64,000 nt of DNA from Mayamaea pseudoterrestris (lineage: Eukaryota). Where the stretch lies: positions 124,001 to 188,000 of the forward strand of contig BROI01000024.1 of NCBI GenBank assembly GCA_027923505.1, read 5' to 3'. Shown piece after piece: positions 23,365 through 35,315 of the stretch. The notes under the pieces are model-generated. The model searched no databases and was not told the origin of the DNA. It worked only from the letters and a program-made list of their open reading frames with translations. Each line of letters begins with the position of its first letter. Positions within the stretch are counted from its first letter, which is position 1. The translations under genes and the position numbers were made by a program.

Positions 23365-23575
23365 TGTTGGATCTAGAATATATCTTGCGCGCCCTTGAAG
23401 CGACACTAATGATTAAGCAGAACAGAGTCAATAAAACCACTTTACTTATTTTCTCCAAGAAGTGATCGTCCTCGATCCACTCCTTCGGTTGCCGCTTACC
23501 GCGCTTACTTAAATGTGACCGTCTTCGTGACGTCACCGCTGCCGCTTCGGTTTGGGTTCTCATCCATGCTCAACA
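23365..23575 (-). repeat. 3' LTR of copia element 2 (211 bp)
   Basis: Bounded by inverted TGTTG...CAACA, preceded on the minus strand by purine-rich AAAGGAGTG (23584-23576). No second copy in the window. Confidence 0.8.
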
Positions 23576-26500
23576 CACTCCTTTGGGCCGAGTAGTACTT
23601 ACTGCTCGAGGCCAGATTCATAACCAGGTTGCGGAGCTTGCCAAACTGGGCTCCCTGCAATGGTTTCGTGAAGAAATCCGCGACCATGTCTCCGGTCGGA
23701 CAATGCTCAATGTTGACTTCACCAGCTGCCACGCGATCTTTCACAAAGAAGTACCGAACATTCATGTGTCGCGTGCGCTTTGTACTTGAGCTTCTGCCAT
23801 TCTTTTCCAACAGCATTGAACTCATATTGTCTTGATACAATTTCGTGTCTTTGACCCCGAAACCTTGCGCCTTCAGAAAATATCCTGTCCACAGCAACTG
23901 CGGTAGCACATCATGAACTCCCACAACTTCGCTCTCCGTCGAGCTTCTTGTTACCAACTTCTGTTTAGCCGACGTACTGTACACTGATCCTTGGCCAAGT
24001 GTCATTGTTCCACCAGTGTGACCCTTCATGTCTGGGTGCACCGCGTACGACGCATCCACCCACCACTGGACTATCCCGGACTGGTCCGCCTTCAGCGTCA
24101 ACACCATGTCCACGCTTCCGCGTAAATATTTAATCACTCTTGCAGCCTTCTTATAGTCGTCTTCGTCAGGCTGCTGCAGCCTCGTGCTCAAGAAAGAAAT
24201 CGCTGTGCGAATATCCGGTCGCGCTCGCTGACTCAGATACAGACACTGCATCACAATCGTCACAAAAATCTGCTTCTTCGCTTCGCTCAACATGACAGGA
24301 TTTTCCGATATCTGAAACAAGTGACTGGCTGCCGGAGTAGCTGCCGTTCCATCCATGTCGTCTGGCGCATGATGCAGGATGTTCTTCACATAGTCAACCA
24401 TGTTGATTGCTACTTCTCCAGGCTTAGTATAGTCCAATACCATGCCGAGGTAGTCGTGCACTTTTCCGCGTGACTTATTCATTGGAGTCTCCTTGCCAAA
24501 CTCCTCATCCATCTGCGCGATGAACTCATCCACTACGCTCACGTCGACGTGCGAAATCTTCAAATCGTCCACGTGCCATCCCACGGTGATTTGCTTCCCA
24601 TTGACAATCTTGTTGCACACACACGGATCGTACGGGTTCTTCTCGAAGCCCCACTCAAGCAATTTTGCGGACAACTTCTCCCAGAATAGTCGCGCTGCTC
24701 GAAGCGTACCATAAAGCGCCATGAGTAATTCAACATACATGACTTTCTCGCCATTCTCCATTGTGACGCAAGGCTCGTACATCTCGCGATCAATTTCCAA
24801 CAGTAGCTCCACCATCTTCCCAGTGAAACGAACGTGCACCAACTCATCCATTTCCGCTTGCATGAAAGCACCCGGTACATCAACCACAGCAACCTCGCGC
24901 CCTTCCATAGCGTCAATGATAGCTGTCAGAAAGATGGCCTCTGTCGCTATCGTTGGAGATGCTGCGTCTTCCTTTGCAGTGTATGCTCGTTGCTTGCGTC
25001 CATCCGCGCATCCGCGTCCCTTCACAGTCCCGCATCTCTTGCGCTTGAGAAACATCAAATACGCCAGAGCGTCCTTGCGCTGCTGCGGAGTCAGAGTGCA
25101 TTGGGGGACTGCCTTCATGACGTGCCTGTCGTAGCTGCTGCATTTCCTTGCGCACTGCCTCCACTCCAGCATCGCCAAAAGCCTTTAAACCTTGTCGCAT
25201 ATTCATCTGTGCCGTGACGAGTGGCTCCGACACTTCCTCTGCAGCGTCGAGCGTGAACAAATGAGCGAACGAGCGAGGTTTGCGCGCACGCAGGCCATAC
25301 CGACCAGTGCGTGGGCCATAGCGCGCATCGAAATCCTCTTCGTCTGCAGCAGCTGGCACTCCTTCAATTTCGCCTTCATCGGGCACTCCTTCAATTTCGC
25401 CATCATCCACGGCTGGCGCGTCGTCAAGTTCGCCGTCAATGGCCTCACCATCCTCGTCGTTCGGCACTCCTTCGATTGCGCCGTCAGCACCATCGTCGTC
25501 GTCGTCGTCGTCATCGGTCGCATTCACTCCTTCGCTTCCGCCGGCAGAGTCGTCGTCACCGCGAGAAGCGTCGTCATCATAATCAGAGTCATCATCATCC
25601 TCGGCGTCATCTTCGTGCCACATGACTGGCTCAGCAGCCTCCGCAACACGGTGGCGGTCCATGAACACGATGCCCGGATTGGCCTTCTGTTGACGAGCGA
25701 GACGATGCACGCGCTCAATGACACATCAGGCATGGGCAAAGGCGTAGCGTGCCCACGATTCAGAACTTTGCCCGAAGACAAACTGAGGAAATAAAACCCA
25801 CCCTGCACATTACCAGTCGGGCGCAGAGCCAGCGCACCGATCGTGCGCGCCTGCATGTCATTGCTGTGCGACTCATGCGTTTGCACATACTGACCAAATT
25901 CATACTTGCAATGCCGATTAAAGTCAACTGTCTGACCAGTCACAATAGTGCGTGGACTGAGATCCTTCGAAATGCCACGCTCGTTCGGAAACGCATTCAA
26001 CCAAAACACGGCAGACTTCGTCATTTCGATAACCAAGCGTGCCGGCACGTGCTTAAATGGCAACGTGTTGTATGTCGCGCGCACCCGTTCTTTCACGACA
26101 CGGATAAAACGTTCAATTTCGCCAACGTGTTCATCCTCAGATGTCGCATTGAGCGCCACCCGAGATCAGCCAACGCGCCAAGCATTGAGCGAACTCCCAT
26201 CCATCAGAGCCGCGACGACACGGAACCCACCGCGTGCGTAAATCTTCAACACAGACTCGATTGCCTTCAACATAACCGGAAGCGTACGGTTTTGAATCAC
26301 CTCAACCGTAGCAAAACGAATGCTGCGGGAGAACGTCACCAACATAGGGACTTTGTTGATATACATGATGTCAGCACAAAGAGTAACGTCTCGATAGCGA
26401 CTCATGATAGCCGGTGGAAGCTGCTCAACAATCGCAGGCTTCACCAGATGCGACGCGCGACGCGTCGTCTTTCCTTTTAACGAGCCAACATCTGGTCCAA

Positions 26501-28364
26501 AGATGTGCTCAGCAGCCAGGATGTCGGCCTTCGTCACAGGACAGTTCGGCAACTGATTGCTAGTAACGATGCGCAGGTAATACCTGAGACTTGGCCGTCC
26601 AATTTTGATTTGCAGTTCCCTAGCTCTAACAGCGCGTAAATAGTCATCATTGGTGTAGTTAGTACGGTTATCGTCTACCGTAGTCAACATCGCCACTCCA
26701 TCCTTGACATCGCTGCGCTTGCCCTTCGAAAAGCTCTCGCAAACATACAGCCCAGAGTCAGTCTCGACAAACTCTCGCTGCTTACCATCCGGCTTCTCCA
26801 CAACGAACATTGGACGATCCACGCCGTGCATGAGATACTCCACGGTAAACTTCTTTGCGGACTTGCGCCAAACTCAAAATGTTCGCCAGTCCCTGCGGAT
26901 ACCACCACACCGGACCATAGCCCTCCAGGTCGCCCATCATGTTCGTCCTTACTGTACCAGCGTTGCACTTGATCACCATCCACGTTGGCACCGGGCGAAT
27001 GTTCGTCAGCATCTTGGCGTTGCAGAACAGATCCACTGTCGACTGATTGTCCAAGAGCACAGCCTTCTTCGAGATGTTCACCTTCGGCGGCTGCGCGAAC
27101 ATGTATCCGACCTCATCGTCGTCATCGCTTTCTTCCCGCTACCCAGCGTGAAGTGCTGCGCCCCACTAGCCTCTGCAGCCGGCGCACTCTCCGTAGACCT
27201 GTTCTCGTAGGACAGTCTCGCTGCACATGACCAACCTGTTGACAGGTCCAGCATCTGGGAGGGTCACGCGCTGTACCAGTCGTGTGAAACGCCACGCCCT
27301 CGTTCGTTGGCAACGTGGCTTCTCCATCCGCATGCTCACGACGCTGCATGATGTTGTATGCATCGTGGATCGTCAACGGGAAGTTGTCGTGCCCGTCGAG
27401 GTAGCAGTTGCGCAAGTGCTTGCAATACCCAGCGTATTCGCCCGTTGCGCCACGCACGAAAAGCATCGCAAGCTCGAGCTCTTCGGCGGCCTTGATATCC
27501 TCCTTGTTCGCCTTGTTACGATTGTCATCCTTGGCAATGTTCAACGCCACAATCTCGTTGTGCATCGTGACGCCAACCGCCTTCGCCACGTCTGCCAGCG
27601 TGACCATGCTTTCGTAATATTTCTGCAGGCTTTCGCGCGCTCCTTGAGTACGTCCGAACAACTCAGCTTGAATGTCCACGACTTGATCCACAAGTTTGCA
27701 GCGCCCTTCGTACGTATGCGAGATCTCCTTGATAATCGCCAGCAACTTAATTCCGTCCGTGTCCTCCTCGGCGTCTCGGAACTTGGCGTGCGACTTGACA
27801 CGATCCTTCATACGCTCCGTGCATTGTCCATGCAACACGGCGTAGAGACCAGCGAGGAAGTCGGAGTATACACGCACGCGCTCGACATGCTCTTCTTGTC
27901 GGCCTTGTATTCCTCGAGCATTATGGACCAGTCCGGAGTCCGTCGTGTCGGCATCCTTCGTTGGACGTGCAGGCTCGTCAGGAATCTCCAGTTCCACGTT
28001 GCGCATGCCCTTGAGCAGCTCCTTGGTATATTTCTTGTAGGAGCGCCCGACGAAAGTGATGATCTCGTTCGTCGTACGGATGAATCCATCGGGATCGCGC
28101 GAACCGTTATAGTCGTAGATGAATCCAGCGAGCGTCGGCTCGCTTCCTGGAAATTTCCACTCGGCGCACGACTCGGTCCGTTGAGTCTGTTACCATTGCC
28201 TTGATTCCCGGAACGATTCCCAGCACGATTCCCACGACGATAATGACGGTTGCGTCGGTACTCGCTTGCTGGCGGAGCGGAGGTGCACCTCCACCGCTCG
28301 ACGCCGCTCCTGTCGTCGGAGTATTGCTCGTCGAAGACATGTCTTTTCACTCGCTTCTGGAGAA
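23365..28364 (-). mobile_element. Second Ty1/copia element (different family), heavily frameshifted, lacks 5' LTR/PBS, no TSD
   Basis: Minus-strand gag (ATG 28340; CWTCQQVGHVQRDC knuckle), protease LLDNQST, integrase CADIMY/HVGEIERFIRVVKER, RT KGRGCADGRKQR/ALYG/WHVDD, RNase H WVDASY/SSTESE/YQDN/ADFFTKPL. These are split over about 7 frames. Confidence 0.93.
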
Positions 28365-29297
28365 CCGGAGACCCGCCAAAGCATTGTTCGGATTGATATG
28401 GTTGCTCTGTTGCAGCACCTTTGGTGCGAAAGCGATGTAGATGGAACAATGAAGAGACAAATGCTTGTTGATAAGTCTAAACAGGTTCTTCAAGTATTAT
28501 TAAATTTAGACAAAGCCGCTTCCTCGTCACTTGTCGGCGCTTACATGAAATTGATTCCATCGGATAGGCTTGCCGAAGCCCGTGCGCTGGTCGATCAGTT
28601 AACGGCAACACTGAACGTGGATAAGCTCAAGGCTGCCGACAAAGCCCGCTTCGGAGAGACTTCGGTAAATTCGGATCGTTTCAAAATGGCGTCGGGCCCG
28701 TTAATCAAGGTGGAGCGAGCAGATGTCACTGTTGGTAATGCGCCCCAGCCGGCCGATGCAGCCCTGCCTGCGACAAAGCGCCCGCTGGAAGTAGCTGGAG
28801 CAATTCGGAATCCTTATGCTAAAAAGAAACTTCCTTCGACGACTGTCGTCAGCACTGAGCGGTGTATCTTATCAAGCCAGCCCACACTCTTACATCAAAA
28901 TCGCGTGGGTTCATTATCGTCGGTTCTACAGAAAGTTGAGCAATCAGGTCCGTATCTACCCTCCGGAGGCGACCAATTTGCCAAGGCTGCACAGAGTCTT
29001 CAGATACAAGCAAATGGTGCCATGAACAAAGACTTGACCTGTCCGATCTGTACGACGGTTGGTTTAAAGGAGCCATTTATCGCCGATTGTGGACACGTTG
29101 CTTGTCTTGGCTGCTGGAAATCGTGGTTTAAACGGTCCCCCTCCTGCCCAACCTGTCGGAAACCTGCGAGCAAAGAATCCATTGCTTGTGTCGTGTTTGA
29201 AAGGCCGCCCAATGTGGATGACAAGTGTTTGGGCGGTACTTACCCCCAAGACAGAGCTGACAACTCGTCCGAAGATGAGCTGGAAATTACTTATTGA
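28365..29297 (+). pseudogene. RTEL1: 3' fragment of RTEL1 (C-terminal region with RING finger), frame intact
   Basis: PETRQSIVRIDMVALL...ELEITY* is nearly identical to the last ~310 aa of 6216-9996; there is no helicase core upstream. Confidence 0.88.
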
Positions 29298-29338
29298 ACT
29301 CCTATTGCTACAATACTGAAAAGGCAGTTAAGCTTTTT

Positions 29339-30580
29339 TTATTTGAATCCCATATCCTCAACGTCTTCTCGTAGCCGACGATTAGGATCCTCATACCGGA
29401 CAACTTCGTCCTCCACCTCGTCCGGGGCCGCTGCATTAGCAGCCAACTCCTCGAGTTCATCCAAGTCTGGCAATGGATACCGTAACAAGGCTGCTACACC
29501 GGAAACTTGCTGCAACTGTTGACCCGATACATGCATGGACGAAAAGATGAAAACCTTGCCTCCCGTCGCTCTCACCGACTCGACCAATTGAACGTATAGT
29601 CGTCTCGTTTTGACATCGGAACTGCGAAACAATTCGTCAGTAACAAGAAGAGACTCAATGGCAAGCTGTTCATGAGCTTTGGAAACATGATCAAAGCCGT
29701 AATAGGCGCGGTCCGGATCATCATTCATCATTTTCATAAAGCGCTGCAACACATCCACCTCTTGCGCAAACTTGGTGTCGGACATTTGTGCCATGACTCC
29801 AGGATCGGCAAAGACTTCCTCTAGTGCATGCTTGTGCCCCGACGAAGCTTTGCATAATACAAACTTGGATTTGTTTTCAACAAACGGTCGATCGTCGCGT
29901 CGAACCGACTCCTGCAATAGGTATTGGTAAAAGTCATCCTTGACAAAGCCCGGAGAACCTAGCAGAATGCACTTAATTTTGGTAAAATCAATATGCTGCA
30001 ATATCGCTCGGTAAACAGCCTCATAGAATTTTGTAATCGCCTTGTCATGCTGACTACTACCAGTTCGTTTCTTGGGAATGTTTGTTTCAATCCGCGACTT
30101 GACAATGGTCAATGCGCCAGTCACCAAACAAACATGCGCCAAGCCCGATTGCATGACGACTGCAGCAATGTCCGCCTGCCGTTCCGGATTAACAGCTTCG
30201 TCAATCCGATCCAAGAATACTTGATCCCAGCATTCCTTTTCGATCGAGAAGTTTTGCGTCAACTCCAGCGTCAGCGTATGCATGGCTCCCATGCGGACAT
30301 TATCATTCTCCGAAGTGACAGGTCCAGATAATCTCACTTGCAGTACTTCCGGATCAAAGTCAACCTTTTGCAGTTGAATCGTTAGCATGAGACGCATCTT
30401 GTTGCTGGAGGTAGATCCAGTCGCCGACTCCTTGACGACCTTGCGAACCGTGGTGCATCTCACCAAGTCTCCCACCTGCAGCAGATTAAAGGCATGCCAA
30501 AGGTCTTCGGATGTTTCGGGTCGCAGCAAGATGGTACCGCTCCCATCCTTTTGCTTGATTTGGCGCTTGAGGAGCTTCAT
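29339..30580 (-). CDS. PELO: Pelota/Dom34, copy B
   Basis: 413 aa, only a few substitutions relative to copy A. Confidence 0.95.
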   Translation of the reverse strand: MKLLKRQIKQKDGSGTILLRPETSEDLWHAFNLLQVGDLVRCTTVRKVVKESATGSTSSNKMRLMLTIQLQKVDFDPEVLQVRLSGPVTSENDNVRMGAMHTLTLELTQNFSIEKECWDQVFLDRIDEAVNPERQADIAAVVMQSGLAHVCLVTGALTIVKSRIETNIPKKRTGSSQHDKAITKFYEAVYRAILQHIDFTKIKCILLGSPGFVKDDFYQYLLQESVRRDDRPFVENKSKFVLCKASSGHKHALEEVFADPGVMAQMSDTKFAQEVDVLQRFMKMMNDDPDRAYYGFDHVSKAHEQLAIESLLVTDELFRSSDVKTRRLYVQLVESVRATGGKVFIFSSMHVSGQQLQQVSGVAALLRYPLPDLDELEELAANAAAPDEVEDEVVRYEDPNRRLREDVEDMGFK

Positions 30581-30827
30581 GATGGAGCAATGGGATGATG
30601 ATGGTTGCTTTCAGCGCACGTCGCGACACTTCTCAGTACCGCTGCGATTACATTACCGGTACGACGATAGACTTCCACGCACATCCGCGGAGCACGACGA
30701 TGGTGAGATGAACGACTCGCTCATTATACTTCCATCTTGTTTATACGGAGTAGACTATTGAAATTGTGGCGGTTGAGGGCGAACAACTGATTATTGTATA
30801 CATCTAACAAACTACTACTAGGACGTT
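30581..30827. promoter_or_regulatory. Probable bidirectional promoter region PELO/UFD1 (uninterrupted copy)
   Basis: 247 bp between divergent start codons; promoter function is inferred from position only. Confidence 0.6.
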
Positions 30828-32194
30828 ATGATGCACGGATGGTTTGCCGGTGGAGCCGGAGGTCTTCCGCACCCGCAGCGCTTCTTTCAGGAGGATTATC
30901 ACTGCTACAGTGTTGCCTACGCGGACAAGCCTCACTTGGAGGTATGTAACAGTGATTATTATGAGAGAATACAAAGTTGATTGAATATATTGGGGGACGG
31001 GTCGTTTATATGCAAGCGGGAAATGGAAGGAAACTGCGAGTGCTGACAATCGACTGTCAGTGTGTCAGTGCATTTATTGTTTCCTCTTGCACTTTTCACT
31101 CGGTCTCATTTATCCTACTGACTTCCACTAAATCACTTCTTCATTGTTATATGCAGAGAGGAGACAAGATTTTGCTTCCTCCATCAGCCTTTGATACATT
31201 GGCGCGTCTACAAGTCGACTACCCCATGCTCTTTCAGCTGCAAGCTGGAGATCGAACAACTCACTGCGGCGTACTGGAATTCACTGCCGAGGAAGGCTGC
31301 GTCTACATTCCATTTTGGATGATGCAGAATCTATTGATTGAAGAAGGCGCTGTTGTTTCAGTCAAGAATGTTTCACTACCAAAGGCTACCTTGATCAAGC
31401 TGCAGCCGCAATCGGTTGACTTTTTGGAAATATCCAATCCGCGCGCCGTTCTCGAGCATGCGTTACGCAACTACTCGTGCGTCACGTTGCACGACATTAT
31501 TCAGATTCCGTACAATGGCAAGAATTATCACCTGGAGCTTAAGGATGTCCAGCCGGCACCAGCAGCCTGCATTATCGAAACAGACTGTAATGTTGATTTT
31601 GATGCGCCAGTTGGTTACAAGGAACCGCAAAGTAATTCAGCTGCAGCTAGAGCCGGTGATACTGCCGTGAGTGATGCAGCTGCAATGGCCGAGTCGAATG
31701 GCATTGTTAATGGCGGCAACACGGTTGCGGCCGAGGCAATGACGCCGCCCAAACCACCCGGCGTGCGGATCGTCAATGGCGTTGTTGTGCGACCCGAGAC
31801 ATCATCTGCAACTTCTTCGTCCGTTCCCATGGACTTGGTCGCGGAGCGCACCGGCGGAACTGGCATTCAGCCCAATGCCATGGTCACGCAGCAGCAAGCG
31901 GCGGCTGCTCCAGCGGTCGAGTATTGGGCCGTGGCGGCTGGTTCAGGGAGTCGGTTGGATGGCAAGGCTGCAACTCCACTTAAAGGAAGCAACGGGGAAG
32001 TAGTCGACGTGGACAAGGTTCGAGCAGCTGCCGCTGAAGCGGCACAGAAGCGAGCAGAGGCGCAATTAACTGGAATTTTTGGCAATGGCGATGCTCCTGT
32101 GGTTTCCAAACGCAAGAGCAAGGTTGGCAGCAAGTTCAGTCGATTGAAGCAAACGAGCGCTTTTCAAGGAGACGCACAAGCTTTTGGAAAGTAG
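30828..32194 (+). CDS. UFD1: UFD1, copy B; exons 30828-30941 and 31157-32194
   Basis: Same structure and motifs as copy A; intron GTATGT...TGCAG. Confidence 0.93.
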
Positions 32195-32823
32195 CATCGG
32201 TCGAAAAGTGAAAAGATTGCGAATGAGAGTTTGCGCTCGGTGAAGGTTGATGACTTTTGACCGAATGTAACATACATACTAAATAGAATTGCTTTCCTTA
32301 GCTTACCCACACATTATAACTACTCTAACCGGTAGAAGCGCCACTTGAATGCATTAGTAAGTCTGCAACCAGTCCATATACCGGTAGTATCGGTATCATA
32401 GCTGGCCAAAGGACAGATTCTCCGACAAACATTGATCTGAAATGAATTCTACCGAGTTTGAAAACGACATGAGAGTATCCGCTTTGTGCTGACGCGATGA
32501 CCGAACTGACGTGAGCCTTGCTGACACCTTTTGATAAAATTCGACACAACATTTCTGACTTGTGATCAGTGAATGAACCGATCGGCGTCGGCAAAAGCCA
32601 ATCATGAGCCAGATCATTCGTACGTACTTGAACAATGCCTCGTAAGAAGTGAAGTCAGTTGACCTTGCATTTGACACCGCGGGATCACACGATAAGAGTC
32701 TCGCCACATGCTGACATCATGACATCAGGCATCTCAATCTGGCCGCTCACATTGGAAAGGATTCTGCGACGCACGCACAATTTTTGCGTCCTCGAGCCGT
32801 CACCCATCAAGCGATCGAACATC

Positions 32824-33601
32824 ATGGCAACTACTGCGACTTTCTCCCATGAACAAGCAAGCGCTGCTGCTTTGGATCAATTCAAGTTTCCCCGCACGGG
32901 AAAGCGAGGCGTTCCGCAGCAATTCCCAAGAAACTTGTATGACATGCTTGACATTGAGAGTAGACTCATGCAAGAGGACGCCAATCACCCCAAGATTATC
33001 GGATGGTCCGAAACTGGACGTGCCTTTCGCATCTTTGACGTCTCGGCCTTCTCTCTTGCTGTACTCCCTCGCTACTTTCGCACCAAGAAGTTCAGCTCAT
33101 TTCAGCGCAACCTAAATTTGGTAAGTCAGCTTTCTTGCCCTGACATGCTCGCTGAATGACGACATGATATCACTAACTTCTTTTCTCACTCACCTCTTTT
33201 CTCCCTTTATCAACTCACAGTATGGCTTCACCAAGGTTCGCCGAGGTCCGGACCTTGACATGTACGCCCATCCCTCCTTTGTCAGGGACTCGCCAGACTC
33301 GCTCGTCCACCTCCGGAAGCTTGGTGGCGCCCGAAAGAATTCACAGCTGACAATACTTCGCCCCGTTTCTCCGACCACATCGGCGGGAAGCTCCGTCGGA
33401 TCAGGCTCTCTTGGCCATCCAAGCCCGCCGGCGAGCCCCGTTGTTCAACACCTTCAAGCGAAATCACCGTGTTATTCTCGACCCACCCTGCCGGCCATGG
33501 CATCGATTCCTCGCAAGATCAGTGGCGCTGACGACCAGCGCGGATGCTTGGACCTTTTGGCTCTCGCCATGGAGTATGCTGATGAACACGCTTTTGTTTA
33601 A
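32824..33601 (+). CDS. HSF-type DNA-binding protein, copy B; exons 32824-33120 and 33221-33601
   Basis: Same HSF DNA-binding domain motifs and intron position as copy A. Confidence 0.92.
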
Positions 33602-33847
33602 AACACGATTTCTTGACCTACAAGTTGTCTCGACCTTCAAGTCACTTCAAGCCTTAAATGGCTCAAACCCCGCTAGCTACGCTTTTTCCATCTGAACAAA
33701 AATGTACAATAACTGTATGAACTCACACTGTTTAAACGCTACCATACAAATAGTACATTCAGCAATATAATGATGTAACATTACTATAAAACTTGTTATT
33801 CGAGCTCGTAGTTTTTCCTAGCGACACTTGTAGCAATCATGCTATTA

Positions 33848-35062
33848 TCACTCATCACCTCCACTGAGCTTCGTCCAACGAACTTCCTCCATTTCCCATA
33901 CGAAACTTGATGGATCATTGAACGAGCCCTCGTCAGACTCTAGCGACTTGAGAAAGCCATGTGCTGCCATCCAGACTTCGGAATGTTCACTAGCAACATG
34001 CTTGTGAAATCCAAGGAGCGCATTGCACACAACAGAAACGTCGTTGGCGTTTCCTGCCGTTCCAAGTATTTTGCGCATCCATTCATTCAAATCTTCTATA
34101 AAACAGCTCCCACGATCTAAATGCGCCACGTATATAGCCGCAACGCAAATCAAGTGTGGAGGTATTCGCGTCGCCAAGTCCAAGTAGTGCGCGTCGTTGC
34201 AGTAGCCCCAGGCGCGTTGCACCAAGTCCTTTGCATCACTGCTAATACTTTCCAATGCAGTAGCTCCTATATCTTTTTGCCGTCCATTGGAACGCATCAG
34301 CAGCATGGGACCAAGATATTTTTGCGGCATTTGGTTGGGTATCCAGTGCAGCAAAAAGCCCAGTGCGCAAAGAACTTTGTGTTCCGCCTCGACGAGTGCC
34401 TTGCTCCATTCCTGATAGACGGGACCAGCTGGAGACATGCCTGGTGGTAACAGAAAGGCTTTTATTGACTCTTGTGTATACTTTTGACCTGGTTGTCGTA
34501 ATGATGCAGCGAGACTTGTAGGGGTGCTGTTAATCATGTGGCAGCATTTATCGGCACCAGCTACCGCTTGCATGATTCGCCTGCGATACAAGTGCGCATA
34601 GACGGTAATAACTTTGCGTACATCTGCCGTATTTGCAACCTCAAGTAGCTTGGCGGCAAGAAGCGTGCAGGCCATGGCAATGGACCAAACGTTGGACTCG
34701 TGGAGGGAAACGTTGTGGTAGTAGCGATGCAGCAAAGTGCTGGATGTGTGCAGAGCAGATGCTTTGAGTGAGATTGGAATAGCTGGAAATTTAGGTGACT
34801 CACTACTGCCAGACGATGATTGCAGTTTATGTTCGTTTGGTAGAAGCATGTCCCAAGCGCTTCGCATCAATGAAATTCCATGGATCCGATGGAGACGTTC
34901 AACGTGAGCCGAAATTCCACGGCGCCGGGATGGCGTATCGTCCGGATTTGTAAGTTGAAGTGGAAGCGATCGATCTAGTATTGTTTTCGTTTGTGTAGTG
35001 CTCATTGTAGAGTGTGATGAAGCAAGTTCGCGAGTGCCTGATAAAGAATGTTTGTCGATCAT
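33848..35062 (-). CDS. Cyclin-L-like (transcriptional cyclin family) protein, full length; start may be 35005
   Basis: TPSRRRGIS...ERLHRIHG, TSSTLLHRYY, AMACTLLAAK, AEHKVLCALGF, AWGYCND, PPHLICVAAIY match cyclin L/K/T box patterns. Confidence 0.75.
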   Translation of the reverse strand: MIDKHSLSGTRELASSHSTMSTTQTKTILDRSLPLQLTNPDDTPSRRRGISAHVERLHRIHGISLMRSAWDMLLPNEHKLQSSSGSSESPKFPAIPISLKASALHTSSTLLHRYYHNVSLHESNVWSIAMACTLLAAKLLEVANTADVRKVITVYAHLYRRRIMQAVAGADKCCHMINSTPTSLAASLRQPGQKYTQESIKAFLLPPGMSPAGPVYQEWSKALVEAEHKVLCALGFLLHWIPNQMPQKYLGPMLLMRSNGRQKDIGATALESISSDAKDLVQRAWGYCNDAHYLDLATRIPPHLICVAAIYVAHLDRGSCFIEDLNEWMRKILGTAGNANDVSVVCNALLGFHKHVASEHSEVWMAAHGFLKSLESDEGSFNDPSSFVWEMEEVRWTKLSGGDE

Positions 35063-35315
35063 TATTCATGGTTGACGAGTACGATGGCGCGCCGTCGCGG
35101 TTTCGCTTCATGACGTCAAAGTGACGTTTTGTGATTTTTGAACGCGATGCGACACCAATGTGACCGGAACGCTGCACGAACCAGCGCGGGGCAGCACCAT
35201 GGGGATCCAATAAGCCGAAGCGACCGAAACTAACGAGTTTATCATCTGTAGAGCGCAACAAGGAGTCATCTAGACTTGCGAATGTATTGAGGGAACTCGT
35301 CTGACGGCCGCTACC

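Larger units (their letters stand above)
28365..34722. repeat. Tandem segmental duplication, copy B
   Basis: Collinear diverged copy of 9064-23364 lacking the copia-1 insertion. Confidence 0.95.

Noticed and set aside
27227..28204. 325-aa plus-strand ORF antisense to copia-2 gag (and similar ORFs at 25192-25794 and 25749-26480)
   Set aside because: These are shadow frames of codon-biased coding DNA with no recognisable motifs.
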